Positions 27,400 through 37,368 of a DNA stretch of 64,000 nt are shown here, piece by piece. The DNA comes from Patescibacteria group bacterium (GTDB lineage Bacteria > Patescibacteriota > Minisyncoccia > UBA6257 > 2-01-FULL-56-20). Within the stretch, counting starts at the first letter, position 1. Each line of letters begins with the position of its first letter. The translations under genes were made by a program, and so were the position numbers. The stretch covers positions 80,046 to 144,045 of the forward strand of contig JAGXBC010000002.1 in assembly GCA_018971305.1 (NCBI GenBank). The letters run 5' to 3'. The notes beneath the pieces are model-generated. The model did not search any database and was not told the DNA's origin. It saw nothing but the letters and a program-made list of their open reading frames with translations.

Positions 27400-29118
27400 T
27401 TATTCCAATTTATAGCTTATCTCGCGCACTCCTTTTATTTGTTTCACTTTGAAAACCAGCTTTTCTATTTTTTGTTTGTCGGTTGTCGCGCACTCTATTT
27501 TATGCAAAGAAAAATGGCTGCCTCCGGGGGAGTTCGGAGTGTGGAAGCTGAGGATGTTTACGTGCGATCTGCTGATGACCGAAGAAATATCTTTGATTAT
27601 TCCCAGACGGTTTTCCGTGGTTATTCTGAGTTCTGTTTTGGAAGGCGCGGATACGCTGGTGGCGAAACTGTTTTTCCCGCGCAGGGCAGTTCTCACGCGA
27701 TCGCGAGCGATGGCGGTTTTTACGAATTTAAGCCAGTCCTCGGAGGGCTTTTTATTTTTTTGCGTTAGGATTTCCACGAGGTCGCCGGAGCGCAACTCGT
27801 GGCTCAGGGGAACGAGCTGGTTGTTCACTTTGGCGCCTACGCAGGAATTGCCTATGTCCGTATGTATCTGATAAGCGAAATCAATGGGAGTCGCCCCTTT
27901 CGGCAGGTCAATAACGTCGCCGCGCGGGGTGATGGCAAAAATCCTGTCTTTAAAAAAATCTATTTTCATTGACTGGAGGAATTCTTCCGAGTCCGCGCCG
28001 CCCTGCTCTTCATTTTGTTGGGAAGGAATATAAGCGAGCCAATTTTTTAGTTGCTCTATCCAGCGGATATCTTCGGCTGTTTTTTTGGAGCGCATCTTTT
28101 CTCCGCTTCTTGCCTGTTGATACAACCAATGCGCAGCAATGCCGTACTCGTTTTCCTCGTGCATTTCTTCGGTTCTAATCTGGACTTCCAATATCTTTTC
28201 ATCCGGACCGATGATGGTTGTGTGCAGGCTTCGGTAGCCGTTCGGTTTAGGCATGGCAATGTAATCTTTTATCCGTCCCGGCAGAGGCGGCCATTTTTCG
28301 TGAATAAGACCGAGGACGGCGTAGCATTCTGGAATGGTTTTTACGATAATACGCATGGCAACAAGGTCGTATATTTTTTCTATGTCCATGTCGTGGCGCA
28401 GAAGCTTTTGATACAAACTGCTGTAACGCTTGGCGCGAAAATCAATGCTTACGAGGCGGATGTCGTGTTCCTTCAACATTTTTCTCACTTCCGGTTCTAT
28501 TTTCTCCAGATATTTTCTGCGCGCTTCAAAGTGCTCCACGGCAATAGTGTGGAGCCATTTGTCCTTGTCCGGATGGAGATAGGGGAAGGCGAGGTCATAA
28601 AGCTCGCCGGCGAGATTTTGCATACCCAAGCGATAGGCGATGGGAGCGTAAATTTCGTCTGTTTCCATGGCAATCCTTTTCTGCTTTTGCGGCGGCAGAG
28701 CTTTAAGGGTATTCATGTTGTGCAGGCGGTCGGCGAGTTTAATAAAAACCACTCGCAGGTCCTGGCTGATGGAAAAAATGAGCTTTCTCAGATTCTCAAT
28801 TTTTTCCTGCGTGCCGCGGTATTTTATGTGTCCGAGTTTTGTTACGCCGTCCACAAGGAACGCCACGTCGTCGCCGAATTCTTTGCGCACCTGTTCAAGC
28901 GTTGCCGGTGTGTCTTCCACGGTGTCGTGGAGGAGGGCGGCGGCGATGGTCGCTTCGTCCATCCGCCAGCGATTCAAGATTTCCGCCGCGGCCAAGGGAT
29001 GCTCAAAATAATTTTCGCCGCTTTTACGCTTCTGGCCTTTATGGGCGTTTTCGGCAAAACGAAAAGCTCGGGCGATAAGACCCGTGGGATTGGTTTTGAT
29101 ACTTTCTTTAATGGTCAT
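27400..29118 (-). CDS. rel: Bifunctional (p)ppGpp synthetase/hydrolase (RelA/SpoT homolog)
   Basis: HD domain (LLHDTVEDT), RelA_SpoT synthetase segment (RAKRYSSLYQKL...AMRIIV), TGS (ITPRGDVIDLPKGATPIDFAY), C-terminal ACT-like segment. Confidence 0.85.
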   Translation of the reverse strand: MTIKESIKTNPTGLIARAFRFAENAHKGQKRKSGENYFEHPLAAAEILNRWRMDEATIAAALLHDTVEDTPATLEQVRKEFGDDVAFLVDGVTKLGHIKYRGTQEKIENLRKLIFSISQDLRVVFIKLADRLHNMNTLKALPPQKQKRIAMETDEIYAPIAYRLGMQNLAGELYDLAFPYLHPDKDKWLHTIAVEHFEARRKYLEKIEPEVRKMLKEHDIRLVSIDFRAKRYSSLYQKLLRHDMDIEKIYDLVAMRIIVKTIPECYAVLGLIHEKWPPLPGRIKDYIAMPKPNGYRSLHTTIIGPDEKILEVQIRTEEMHEENEYGIAAHWLYQQARSGEKMRSKKTAEDIRWIEQLKNWLAYIPSQQNEEQGGADSEEFLQSMKIDFFKDRIFAITPRGDVIDLPKGATPIDFAYQIHTDIGNSCVGAKVNNQLVPLSHELRSGDLVEILTQKNKKPSEDWLKFVKTAIARDRVRTALRGKNSFATSVSAPSKTELRITTENRLGIIKDISSVISRSHVNILSFHTPNSPGGSHFSLHKIECATTDKQKIEKLVFKVKQIKGVREISYKLE

Positions 29119-29245
29119 TTAAGGCGTAGCTTAATTGTAGTCCTATCTTTCAATGTTTTTCAAACCAAGCCGAGCTGTTCTTTGACGTCGTACAGAATCT
29201 ATTATAAAAATAACTTAGCTGTTTTCAATTAACCGAGGTGGAATT

Positions 29246-29719
29246 ATGCAGGGAATGGTGGTGGGTATATTTATTTGCAGTAGGGCCGGAGATCCTCTGA
29301 ATAGCGTTCCTAGCGCTTTCGCTGTTGCGGGCAAGGGATTGCAAGGAGATCGTTATGAAATGGGAACTGGAGTATATTCCAAGCTCGAAAATAAAGTAAG
29401 GCAGGTTTCTATCATAGCCTCCGAGGCGATAATCAAAGCCAATGAAGGGCTAATAGATAGATTTTTACCAGGCGAGACGAGACGCAATATCATCGTTGGC
29501 GGCATTTCGCCGGAAGAACTGAATAAGTTGGTCGGCAAAGAATTTTACATCGGCTGCGTTCGTATGCGCGGCGCGGAACTCTGTCATCCTTGTGACAGGC
29601 CATCGGCTATAACGAAGAAAGACGATTTCAGAAAGGCTTTCCAAATGCGTGGCGGTCTTCTGGCCGAGGTTCTATTCGACGGTCCTATAAGCGTCGGCGA
29701 TACTTTACGCTGGGATTAA
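29246..29719 (+). CDS. MOSC domain protein
   Basis: GDRYEMGTG...RQVSIIASEA... pattern of MOSC (YiiM/YcbX-like) beta-barrel; 157 aa. Confidence 0.55.
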   Translation: MQGMVVGIFICSRAGDPLNSVPSAFAVAGKGLQGDRYEMGTGVYSKLENKVRQVSIIASEAIIKANEGLIDRFLPGETRRNIIVGGISPEELNKLVGKEFYIGCVRMRGAELCHPCDRPSAITKKDDFRKAFQMRGGLLAEVLFDGPISVGDTLRWD

Positions 29720-29725
29720 ATACTC

Positions 29726-32050
29726 CTATTGCTTTTTAATTACTTGTGGCGCTTCCTTGGGAGCGCTCTTTTCTTTTTTACTCTCGTTCTTTTTGGTTTT
29801 CGTTTTGGTTTTGCCGTCGTTATTTTCTTTTTCCGCGGCCTTGGCTTTCCATGTTTTCAGCCCTTCAAGAAGTTCGGCTTCGTTCTCCGGCTTTTTATTC
29901 ATAATAAACAGGCAATCGGGATAGCGCGTGCAGGCGTAAAATGGTTTGCCGCGTCCGCGGGATTTTTTCTCCACTATATCACCCGGCTTTTCGCGGCGTT
30001 CGGGGGATTCCAGGCACATTGGGCACTTAAAACCGGTTTTGTTCCAGATTTTGCCAACGCCTTTGCATTTGGGGTAATCAACGCAGCCAAGGAAAAAGCC
30101 AAAGCGTCCGCGGCGGACCTTCATTTCTTTACCGCAGATAGGGCAGCGTTCATCTTTGGTTTTTTCTTCCAGCTCTTTTATTTTGGCGGCTTCTTCGGGC
30201 ATGGGAAGAGTTACTTTGCTTTCCGGTTCCGGACAGGCAAGGAATTTTCCATTGCGTCCGAACTTGATGAGCATCGGTTTTCCGCAGTGCGGGCAGGGAG
30301 TTTCCGAAATCTCCACTTGTTTCTCAACGGACTTCTCTTTAGCGTTCAGATTTTTCTTGAACGGCTCGTAGAATTCCCGGATTACCGGTACCCACTCAGA
30401 TTTGCCCTCAGCTATTTCGTCTAGTTCTCCTTCTATGTGAGCGGTAAATTTGATATCCACGATTTCCGGAAAATTTTCAACGAGCATATCGTTAACAAGT
30501 ATGCCGATTTCGCTGGGATGATATCGTTTTTCTATTTTTTCTACGTAGCCGCGGTCTTGGATTGTGGAAAGTGTTGGAGCGTATGTTGACGGCCTGCCGA
30601 TGCCCTCCGTTTCCAATGCTTTGATAAGCGTCGCGTCCGAGTAGCGCGCCGGCGGCTCCGTGAAGTGCTTAAGAGGCACAAGTTCCTTAGAAGCAAGGCG
30701 TTCGTTTTTTTGGAGTGGCGGAAGTATGCCCTCTTCGCTCTCCGCATCTTTCTCGTCCTGGCCTTCGGTATAGACCTTCATGAAGCCGTCGAACTTTACA
30801 ACCTGACCGCTCGCCCGGAAAATAAATTTTTCTCCAGCCGAGATGGTGGCGGTGGTTTGCTCAAGCAGCGCGGCCTGCATTTGCGAAGCGATGGTGCGCT
30901 TGGAGATAAGGTCGTACAATCTTTTTTGTCCGCTGTCGCGAAGGGCATCGGATGTTTTCGCCAAGTTTGTGGGACGGATGGCTTCGTGTGCTTCCTGGGC
31001 CCCCTTAGATTTATTCGTGTAGAAACGGGGTTCGGCGAGAGCATAGTTTTCTCCGAAGCGTTCTTTAATAACGGTGCGCGCCTGTGCGAGGGCCGAGGCC
31101 GCGAGGTTTAAACTGTCCGTTCTCATATAGGTTATAAAACCGTTTTCATATAATTTTTGGGCTATAACCATCGTTTGTTTGGCGGAGAAACCGAGGCGGC
31201 GGCCAGCTTCTTGTTGTAGGGTTGAAGTGGTAAACGGCGGCGCAGGCGTGCGCGTTGTGTCTCGTGTTGCGAGCTCTTCAACAATATATTTTGCGCCCTT
31301 CAGGCCGTCGAGAAGCTCCTGTGCCTGATTCTCATCTTTAATATCCATTTTGCCGAGATTTTTCCCATCCACGGAATAAAGCCGGGCTGAAAAAACCTGA
31401 GCACCATTTTCTTTGGCTAGCTGAGCTTCGATTGACCAATATTCTTCAGTCCGGAATTTCTGAATTTCACGTTCGCGTTCTACTATAATCCGCACAGCCA
31501 CAGATTGTACGCGGCCGGCCGAAAGCCCGTAGCGGATTTTTCTCCAAAGAAAAGGGGATAACTCGTAGCCAACAAGGCGGTCCAAAATCCGACGCGCTTG
31601 CTGGGCGTCCACGAGGTGCAGGTCTATTGAGCGCGGATTGGCAAGCGCTTCTTTAATAGCCGACTCCGTTATTTCGTGGAAAACTATCCTCTCGTATTCT
31701 TTTTTGCCCGCGCCGTGCTTTTTGCCCTCTTCTTCGATACCGTCCAAGTTCAACGCCCGAACAAGGTGCCAGGCAATTGCTTCTCCTTCGCGGTCTTCAT
31801 CGGTTGCGAGAATTATTCTTCCCGCTTTTTCGGAATATTTCTTCAGGTTTTCAACTGTAGCGATCGCCTTTTTTGGGATTACGTAGGTTGGCGTGAAATT
31901 ATGCTTTACGTCAATGCCGATCTTGCTTTTCGGCAGATCGCGCAGATGGCCGTATGAAGATTCCACTATAAATTCCTTTCCCAGAAATTTACTTATCGTT
32001 TTCGCCTTGGTGGGCGACTCTACTATGACTAAGCTTGGGCCGGTTTTCAT
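29726..32050 (-). CDS. topA: DNA topoisomerase I with C-terminal zinc ribbons and Lys-rich tail
   Basis: TOPRIM N-terminus LVIVESPTKAKTISKFLG, active-site region, multiple Cxx C Zn-ribbon repeats, Lys-rich C-terminus. Confidence 0.9.
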   Translation of the reverse strand: MKTGPSLVIVESPTKAKTISKFLGKEFIVESSYGHLRDLPKSKIGIDVKHNFTPTYVIPKKAIATVENLKKYSEKAGRIILATDEDREGEAIAWHLVRALNLDGIEEEGKKHGAGKKEYERIVFHEITESAIKEALANPRSIDLHLVDAQQARRILDRLVGYELSPFLWRKIRYGLSAGRVQSVAVRIIVEREREIQKFRTEEYWSIEAQLAKENGAQVFSARLYSVDGKNLGKMDIKDENQAQELLDGLKGAKYIVEELATRDTTRTPAPPFTTSTLQQEAGRRLGFSAKQTMVIAQKLYENGFITYMRTDSLNLAASALAQARTVIKERFGENYALAEPRFYTNKSKGAQEAHEAIRPTNLAKTSDALRDSGQKRLYDLISKRTIASQMQAALLEQTTATISAGEKFIFRASGQVVKFDGFMKVYTEGQDEKDAESEEGILPPLQKNERLASKELVPLKHFTEPPARYSDATLIKALETEGIGRPSTYAPTLSTIQDRGYVEKIEKRYHPSEIGILVNDMLVENFPEIVDIKFTAHIEGELDEIAEGKSEWVPVIREFYEPFKKNLNAKEKSVEKQVEISETPCPHCGKPMLIKFGRNGKFLACPEPESKVTLPMPEEAAKIKELEEKTKDERCPICGKEMKVRRGRFGFFLGCVDYPKCKGVGKIWNKTGFKCPMCLESPERREKPGDIVEKKSRGRGKPFYACTRYPDCLFIMNKKPENEAELLEGLKTWKAKAAEKENNDGKTKTKTKKNESKKEKSAPKEAPQVIKKQ

Positions 32051-33120
32051 TTATTTAATGTATAACCTTGACTTGTTTCTTGTATTATATCTTTAAGCAA
32101 TAAAAAAGTGATAGCTTGGTTCACGTCCGAAATGTTCAGATTAGTGAGTTCCAGGATTTTGTCAATAGTTGCCGGCGCCGAAAATTTTTTTAACGCGGCA
32201 AAAATCTTTTGCTCAGTATCGGTTTTCGCAATTTCCGAGGTGGGCATTTCTTCCTTCGCTTCAACACCTAAATCTTCTAAAATTTCTTCTGTGGATGTTA
32301 TAAGCATGGCGCCCCTTCTTATTAGCTGATGGGAGCCGCTGAAGTTGGGATGGGAAACTGGTCCGGGCAGAACAAAAACGTCGCGATTTTGGTCCAGGGC
32401 CAGGCTCGCCGTGACTAGCGACCCCGACTCTTTCGGCGCCTCGATTACCAAAACTCCCCGCGAGAGGCCGCTCACGATTCTGTTCCTCTCTAAAAAACGG
32501 TATGGCAATGGTTGTACCCCCGGGGGATATTCGGAGATTATCGCTCCGCCGCCATCCAATATTTTTTTAGCGAGACGTTCGTTGGTTCTGGGGTAGAAAT
32601 AATCCAAGCCGTTTCCGAGAACTGCAACTGTTGTTCCTCCGGCTTCCAGGCAGCCTTCATGGGCAGCGGCATCAATGCCGAGGGCTAAGCCGCTTACAAT
32701 ACATATTCCGGCACGAGAAAGCTCCGCTGCAAATTGTTTGGCCAACTCTTTTCCCTCGTAAGTTGCCTTTCTTGTGCCGACAATTCCCAGATTAATTTTA
32801 TCTTTCGGCATCTTGCCTAGTACATAAATTCCGAACGGAGAGAAAGGAATTTCTTTAAGGGATGGCGGATATTCCGGCGAATTATCAAGGTATAATTTTA
32901 TGCCGAGCTTGTTTAACGATTCCCAGCTATTCTCGGGATCGGTCGCTAAGCCCACCTTCTTAACATCTAACCAAGATCGTTCCCAGCTGCCGAATTTATT
33001 TCTGAGATCTGCGAGCTTCTTATAATTACTGTCAACTGCCAAGTTTACGGAATTATAGAAAATTTCTTCGGACATTCTTTTGAGTATAGCGAGTAGGATA
33101 TCAAACTGGCAAACCAGCAA
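32047..33120 (-). CDS. dprA: DNA-processing protein DprA (Smf)
   Basis: Rossmann-like core GIVGTRKATYEG...GLALGIDAAAHEG...VIEAPKESGSLVTA typical of DprA; C-terminal winged-helix. Confidence 0.8.
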   Translation of the reverse strand: MLVCQFDILLAILKRMSEEIFYNSVNLAVDSNYKKLADLRNKFGSWERSWLDVKKVGLATDPENSWESLNKLGIKLYLDNSPEYPPSLKEIPFSPFGIYVLGKMPKDKINLGIVGTRKATYEGKELAKQFAAELSRAGICIVSGLALGIDAAAHEGCLEAGGTTVAVLGNGLDYFYPRTNERLAKKILDGGGAIISEYPPGVQPLPYRFLERNRIVSGLSRGVLVIEAPKESGSLVTASLALDQNRDVFVLPGPVSHPNFSGSHQLIRRGAMLITSTEEILEDLGVEAKEEMPTSEIAKTDTEQKIFAALKKFSAPATIDKILELTNLNISDVNQAITFLLLKDIIQETSQGYTLNK

Positions 33121-33181
33121 AAAATTTGTTCTCCGGTAATAACAAGGATAAATAGTTCATATTCTGATATAATAGACTTAA

Positions 33182-33712
33182 ATGCAGAACAATTTCCGCC
33201 GAGAATTATTCATAAATTTTGGCGTCATAGTGGCGGTTATCCTCATTTTCGGAGCGGTTTTTTATTGGTTTACCGGCGAGCTGTCTTCGCAGGCTAACCA
33301 GATTGCCGCAGATCGGACACTAATATCAAAACGCACTTCGGCCATCGCCGTTTTAGCGGACTTGAAAGACAATTCCGCACAAGCCAATACATATAAACAG
33401 GCAATTGACAAAGTCTTGGTATCTCAAGACCAGCTTCTTACTTTCCCTAATTGGCTGGACAGCTTGGCGCGCGCCAGACAGGTTACGCTCTCATTCTCGT
33501 TCCAGGGAAATCAAACCGCTCCCCAAGGGGACTCTCCTGGATATATACAATTCTCCATCAATGCATCGGGGGATTTGAGCAACATTATTTCTTTCATTAA
33601 AGACGTGGAATTCCAATCGCCGCAATTCCTGGTAAGTTTGGATGGTTTTAGTTTGAGCGGCGCAGGATCAAATTATAGTGTTTCGTTAGGTGGCAGAGTA
33701 TTTTTCAAATAA
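33182..33712 (+). CDS. Hypothetical membrane protein (possibly PilO/PilN-like pilus assembly component)
   Basis: Single N-terminal TM then periplasmic domain; functional guess from the dprA/pilin context only. Confidence 0.4.
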   Translation: MQNNFRRELFINFGVIVAVILIFGAVFYWFTGELSSQANQIAADRTLISKRTSAIAVLADLKDNSAQANTYKQAIDKVLVSQDQLLTFPNWLDSLARARQVTLSFSFQGNQTAPQGDSPGYIQFSINASGDLSNIISFIKDVEFQSPQFLVSLDGFSLSGAGSNYSVSLGGRVFFK

Positions 33713-33720
33713 AAAAGTAT

Positions 33721-33933
33721 ATGAAAAAATTTTTCAAAAATCATCCGGAAACGCTCCTGATAATCTTGGCAATTTTCTTTGTGATGGTCATAGCCATGTC
33801 TTTTGTGTTCGGCATAAAGACTGTAATCGTATCCCTTAATAATGCGGTCGGGTTAGGAGGAAAGGGAACCAATAGTGCGAACTTTGATATTAAGGGGGCC
33901 GCCGCTCTGGACTTGAAAGGGCTCGTGAAGTAA
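33721..33933 (+). CDS. Hypothetical small membrane protein (70 aa)
   Basis: ORF with one TM helix. Confidence 0.4.
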   Translation: MKKFFKNHPETLLIILAIFFVMVIAMSFVFGIKTVIVSLNNAVGLGGKGTNSANFDIKGAAALDLKGLVK

Positions 33934-33960
33934 TATAGTTTTTAATATTATATAGTAGCT

Positions 33961-34032
33961 GCGCGCTTAGCTCAGTGGTAGAGCGTCACATTGACATTGT
34001 GAAGGCCGGAGGTCCGATCCCTCCAGCGCGCA
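33961..34032 (+). tRNA. tRNA-Val (anticodon GAC)
   Basis: Acceptor GCGCGCT/AGCGCGC, D-arm TAGCTCAGTGGTAGAGCG, anticodon loop TTGACAT, T-loop TCCGATC-like. Confidence 0.8.
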
Positions 34033-34135
34033 CACTCCAGTGATAGGTGTTTCAAGACCGTAAGATATGAGGTTCCTGGGCGTCCTTGAGCCTTGACCCT
34101 CTAGTACACTGAAACTCTATCACATGAAAATACCG

Positions 34136-34169
34136 CGACGAAATCGTCGCGGTATTTTCATCTCGGGCT
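34136..34169. terminator. Bidirectional intrinsic terminator: perfect palindrome GAAAATACCGCGACGA-AA-TCGTCGCGGTATTTTC flanked by A-run and T-run
   Basis: 16-bp stem; ends 12 nt before the stop of the minus-strand recombinase gene. Confidence 0.7.
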
Positions 34170-34180
34170 TTTCGTTCCGG

Positions 34181-35521
34181 CTACGATGTTTCCTGCGGCA
34201 TCAAGCTGATCACTCTATCTTTGAGCATCAATCGGCTCTTGAGATTTGATAGCAGTTCGCGCTTCTCCGTAATCGTGCCTTCCGTCAGGATATATATGGC
34301 GTAGGATTTGGCATCGAATATCTCCGGCTCAGCATTCTGTTCACGACTTTTGCCCAAGGCAACCCTCCGGAACTTGTTGTATCGCGTAATTTCGTCTTTG
34401 AATTTTTGCTTCACACCTAGCTCGTTCATATCAAGCGTGTCGAGCATCGCCACGATCTGTTCGATGATTTCCTCCTCTTTGATGTACCCGCATTGACAGT
34501 TCACGTCGCGCTTCTTCGTGCAGCCGTAGTAGACGTACCGATGGGTATTCCCGTTCTTCTGGTATTTCCATTTTTCCGATGCTGTGATGCCCGATCCGCA
34601 TAATCCGCACGTTATCAATTTCGTGAAGGCAAACTCTTTGTCGTTTTTTACCTCGCTCCGTTTCAATTGCTCCCGCGCCCGATCATACAGTTCTTTTGTT
34701 ATGAGCGGCGCATGGGCACCGGTATACCATTTCCCCGATCCTTCGGGGAATTCGAACGTGCCGTAGTAAAATGTTTTCTGCAGGATGATGAAGATGTTCC
34801 CGAGCGAGAGGAATTTCCCGTTCACAGTTTTGAACTTGATGTCGTTCTTTAGCCACACATAGAGCCGTCGTCCCGACCACTGCTCATTCGCGACTTTCTC
34901 GAACATCTGGCGGATGATAGGAGCACGGACAGGATCCACGATCACTTGGCACTTTCGATCTTTTCGTTTCTCGTTCAAGTAACCGGTGGGCGCGATACCC
35001 GGCCAGAGGCCTTGTTCGACGCGCGTTCGCAATCCTCGCTTCACATTCTCCGATTTGTTGTCATTCTCGAGTTTCGCTGTCGAGCACAGAATCATCAGCA
35101 TAAACTTCTCGCTTGGATTGTTTGTAAATTTCTGCGAGAAGGTTCTGATTTCCAAAAGTAGCTTCTGATCCATGAGATCGACGAGCGCACCGAGATCGCC
35201 CGCATTTCTTGAAAGGCGATCCGGCGCCCATGTGAGGATGCCTGTAAATTTGCCGGATCGGATATCAAGAACGAGCCCGTTGAAAACCTCTCTTTGCCCT
35301 ACGGCTTTGGCGGAATGGCTTTCCTTTCTGATCTCAGCGATCTCGAGTCCATCGCGTTCCGCGATCTTGATCATCTCCTTGATTTGGCTGTCTATTGAAA
35401 GGACTTGCTGTTCCTCGCTCTCTGTACTCTTTCTTGCATACAGACAGTAGGCGACCTTTACTGGCAGCGGCTGGTTGGTTGAGGTCGCCGCTCCTGCCGA
35501 CCCCTTAGTTTGGTTAGTCAT
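34181..35521 (-). CDS. Large serine recombinase (resolvase/invertase-type catalytic domain + recombinase domain + Zn ribbon)
   Basis: N-terminal catalytic motif YARKSTESEE...SIDSQ (Ser nucleophile), DRLSRN, C-terminal Cys cluster CGLCGSG...C...C; higher GC than surrounding genes by eye. Confidence 0.85.
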   Translation of the reverse strand: MTNQTKGSAGAATSTNQPLPVKVAYCLYARKSTESEEQQVLSIDSQIKEMIKIAERDGLEIAEIRKESHSAKAVGQREVFNGLVLDIRSGKFTGILTWAPDRLSRNAGDLGALVDLMDQKLLLEIRTFSQKFTNNPSEKFMLMILCSTAKLENDNKSENVKRGLRTRVEQGLWPGIAPTGYLNEKRKDRKCQVIVDPVRAPIIRQMFEKVANEQWSGRRLYVWLKNDIKFKTVNGKFLSLGNIFIILQKTFYYGTFEFPEGSGKWYTGAHAPLITKELYDRAREQLKRSEVKNDKEFAFTKLITCGLCGSGITASEKWKYQKNGNTHRYVYYGCTKKRDVNCQCGYIKEEEIIEQIVAMLDTLDMNELGVKQKFKDEITRYNKFRRVALGKSREQNAEPEIFDAKSYAIYILTEGTITEKRELLSNLKSRLMLKDRVISLMPQETS

Positions 35522-35617
35522 ACCCTAAGGGATGACGCAACCCCGCCCAGGAGTCCAGAGCGTCCTGGGAACCTCCCAAAACCCCTAAAATCTCTTATTT
35601 GCATTGTAAAAGGCCCT

Positions 35618-35637
35618 ATAACCTATGATAACCTATG
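35618..35637 (+). repeat. Tandem direct repeat ATAACCTATG x2 immediately upstream of the hsdM -35 element
   Basis: Direct reading; candidate regulator binding site. Confidence 0.45.
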
Positions 35638-35643
35638 AAGGTA

Positions 35644-35672
35644 TTGACTTTACAAAATAGATCGATTAGAAT
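35644..35672 (+). promoter_or_regulatory. Sigma-70-like promoter TTGACT-17-TAGAAT for the Type I RM operon
   Basis: Near-consensus hexamers with 17-nt spacer; the -10 ends 12 nt before the hsdM ATG. Confidence 0.55.
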
Positions 35673-35684
35673 AGGGTTAACGGT

Positions 35685-37367
35685 ATGCGTAAAGATATAC
35701 AAGCAAAACTCAAGGGAATGCCGGAATTGCTCTCTATCAGCCAGGTAGCTGAGATTTTTAATATTCACCCTGATACTCTCCGGAACTGGGAAAAGGACGG
35801 TATTTTAGTGCCCTTGCGGGCTGGTAAGCGCGGCGATCGCAAATACCGTCCGCAGGACATTCAGGCCATCGTGGACAAGATGGGCAGCAAACTCACCCTG
35901 CCGCAGCTTGAGCAGTTTCTTTGGAAGAGCGCCGATATTCTTCGCGGCAAGATTGATAGTTCCGATTATAAAAAATATATATTCGGACTTCTTTTCTACA
36001 AGCGTATCAGCGACGTATGGGACGAGGAATATAAGCGCGTCATGGAGGAATACAAAGATGAGACTATCGCGCGGGCCGACTACAACCATCGTTTTCAAGT
36101 ACCGCCGGATTGCCGGTGGTCTGTTATTGAGGAACAGGCGGAAAATATCGGTCCGAAGCTTAACGGAATTTTTGATAAGCTCACGAATGCAAACAGCCCT
36201 AAACTGGACAAAATTTTTGATGATCTCGATTTCGCCCATAAAGATAAATTTCCGAACGAAACTACTCAGCGTTTAATAAACCACTTCTCGCAATATAATT
36301 TTGGCGACACTTACATCAACTCCGACCTTCTTGGAGATGCATATGAATATCTCATAAAGCAATTCGCGGCTGATGCCGGAAAGAAAGGTGGGGAGTTTTA
36401 CACCCCGCGCGAAGTTGAGCGTGTCATCATCCAAATTCTTAATCCCCACAAGAAAGACCACATATATGATCCCACGGTTGGGTCCGGTGGTTTTTTGCTC
36501 GAAGCCTACCATCACTTAAAAGAAAAAGAGGGCGAGAAAATTGCTCGCACGCTCTATCTATATGGGCAGGAGATAAATATCAGCACGTTTGCGATTGCCA
36601 AGATCAACATGTTCCTCCATGGACTTGATGCAGCTGATATTCAACGCGGCGATACACTTGCAAATCCCCAATTTCTGAATCCGAACGGAACATTAAAAAC
36701 CTTCGACATCTGCGTGGCAAATCCCCCCTATTCAATCAGTGACTGGGAAAATGAAATGTTCAAAGAACGGTATGGCCGAGTGGAGGGATATGAAATACCG
36801 CCAAAAAGTAATGCTGACTACGCTTTCGTACTCCACATCATTAAGTCCATGAACTCAAACGGCCGAGCTGGTATCGTGTTGCCGCACGGTGTTCTATTCC
36901 GTGCCGGTGCCGAGGGACGCATCCGAGAGCAAATACTCAAAAACGACCTTATTGAGGCGGTGATCGCACTTCCACCCAAGCTTTTCTATGGCACTGGTAT
37001 TCCGGCGGCCATTCTCATCTTCAATAAAAACAAGTCAGACAGTCACAGGGGAAATGTCCTTATCGTTGACGCCGAGAAGGATTTTTCTGAAGGTAAAAAC
37101 CAGAATTCGCTCCGCGCACAAGACATTCAGAAAATCGTGAAGGCGTATGACAGCTACAGAGATGTCGAGGGCTATGCCCGCGTTGTTAGCCTCAAAGAAG
37201 TCGAGAAGAATGAATATAACCTCAACGTGCACCGATACATAGAAAATGGCGATAAAGAGGAGGAAATAGACGTATCTGTTGTTCGTAAGGAACTTACTGC
37301 GCTCGAGAAGGAACGCGCTGAGGCCGATATAAAAGTCGATGAATTTTTGAATGAGCTTAAATATTGA
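35685..37367 (+). CDS. hsdM: Type I restriction-modification system, methyltransferase subunit HsdM
   Basis: N-terminal HsdM_N, AdoMet motif I DPTVGSGGFL, motif IV VANPPYS. Confidence 0.9.
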   Translation: MRKDIQAKLKGMPELLSISQVAEIFNIHPDTLRNWEKDGILVPLRAGKRGDRKYRPQDIQAIVDKMGSKLTLPQLEQFLWKSADILRGKIDSSDYKKYIFGLLFYKRISDVWDEEYKRVMEEYKDETIARADYNHRFQVPPDCRWSVIEEQAENIGPKLNGIFDKLTNANSPKLDKIFDDLDFAHKDKFPNETTQRLINHFSQYNFGDTYINSDLLGDAYEYLIKQFAADAGKKGGEFYTPREVERVIIQILNPHKKDHIYDPTVGSGGFLLEAYHHLKEKEGEKIARTLYLYGQEINISTFAIAKINMFLHGLDAADIQRGDTLANPQFLNPNGTLKTFDICVANPPYSISDWENEMFKERYGRVEGYEIPPKSNADYAFVLHIIKSMNSNGRAGIVLPHGVLFRAGAEGRIREQILKNDLIEAVIALPPKLFYGTGIPAAILIFNKNKSDSHRGNVLIVDAEKDFSEGKNQNSLRAQDIQKIVKAYDSYRDVEGYARVVSLKEVEKNEYNLNVHRYIENGDKEEEIDVSVVRKELTALEKERAEADIKVDEFLNELKY

Positions 37368-37368
37368 T

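Noticed and set aside
28051-29232. 393-aa plus-strand ORF antisense to rel (and similar long antisense ORFs inside topA 29729-30424 and hsdR)
   Set aside because: The sense-strand genes carry unambiguous family motifs (HD/RelA_SpoT/TGS; TOPRIM; helicase). The antisense frames are open by codon-composition chance and have low-complexity translations
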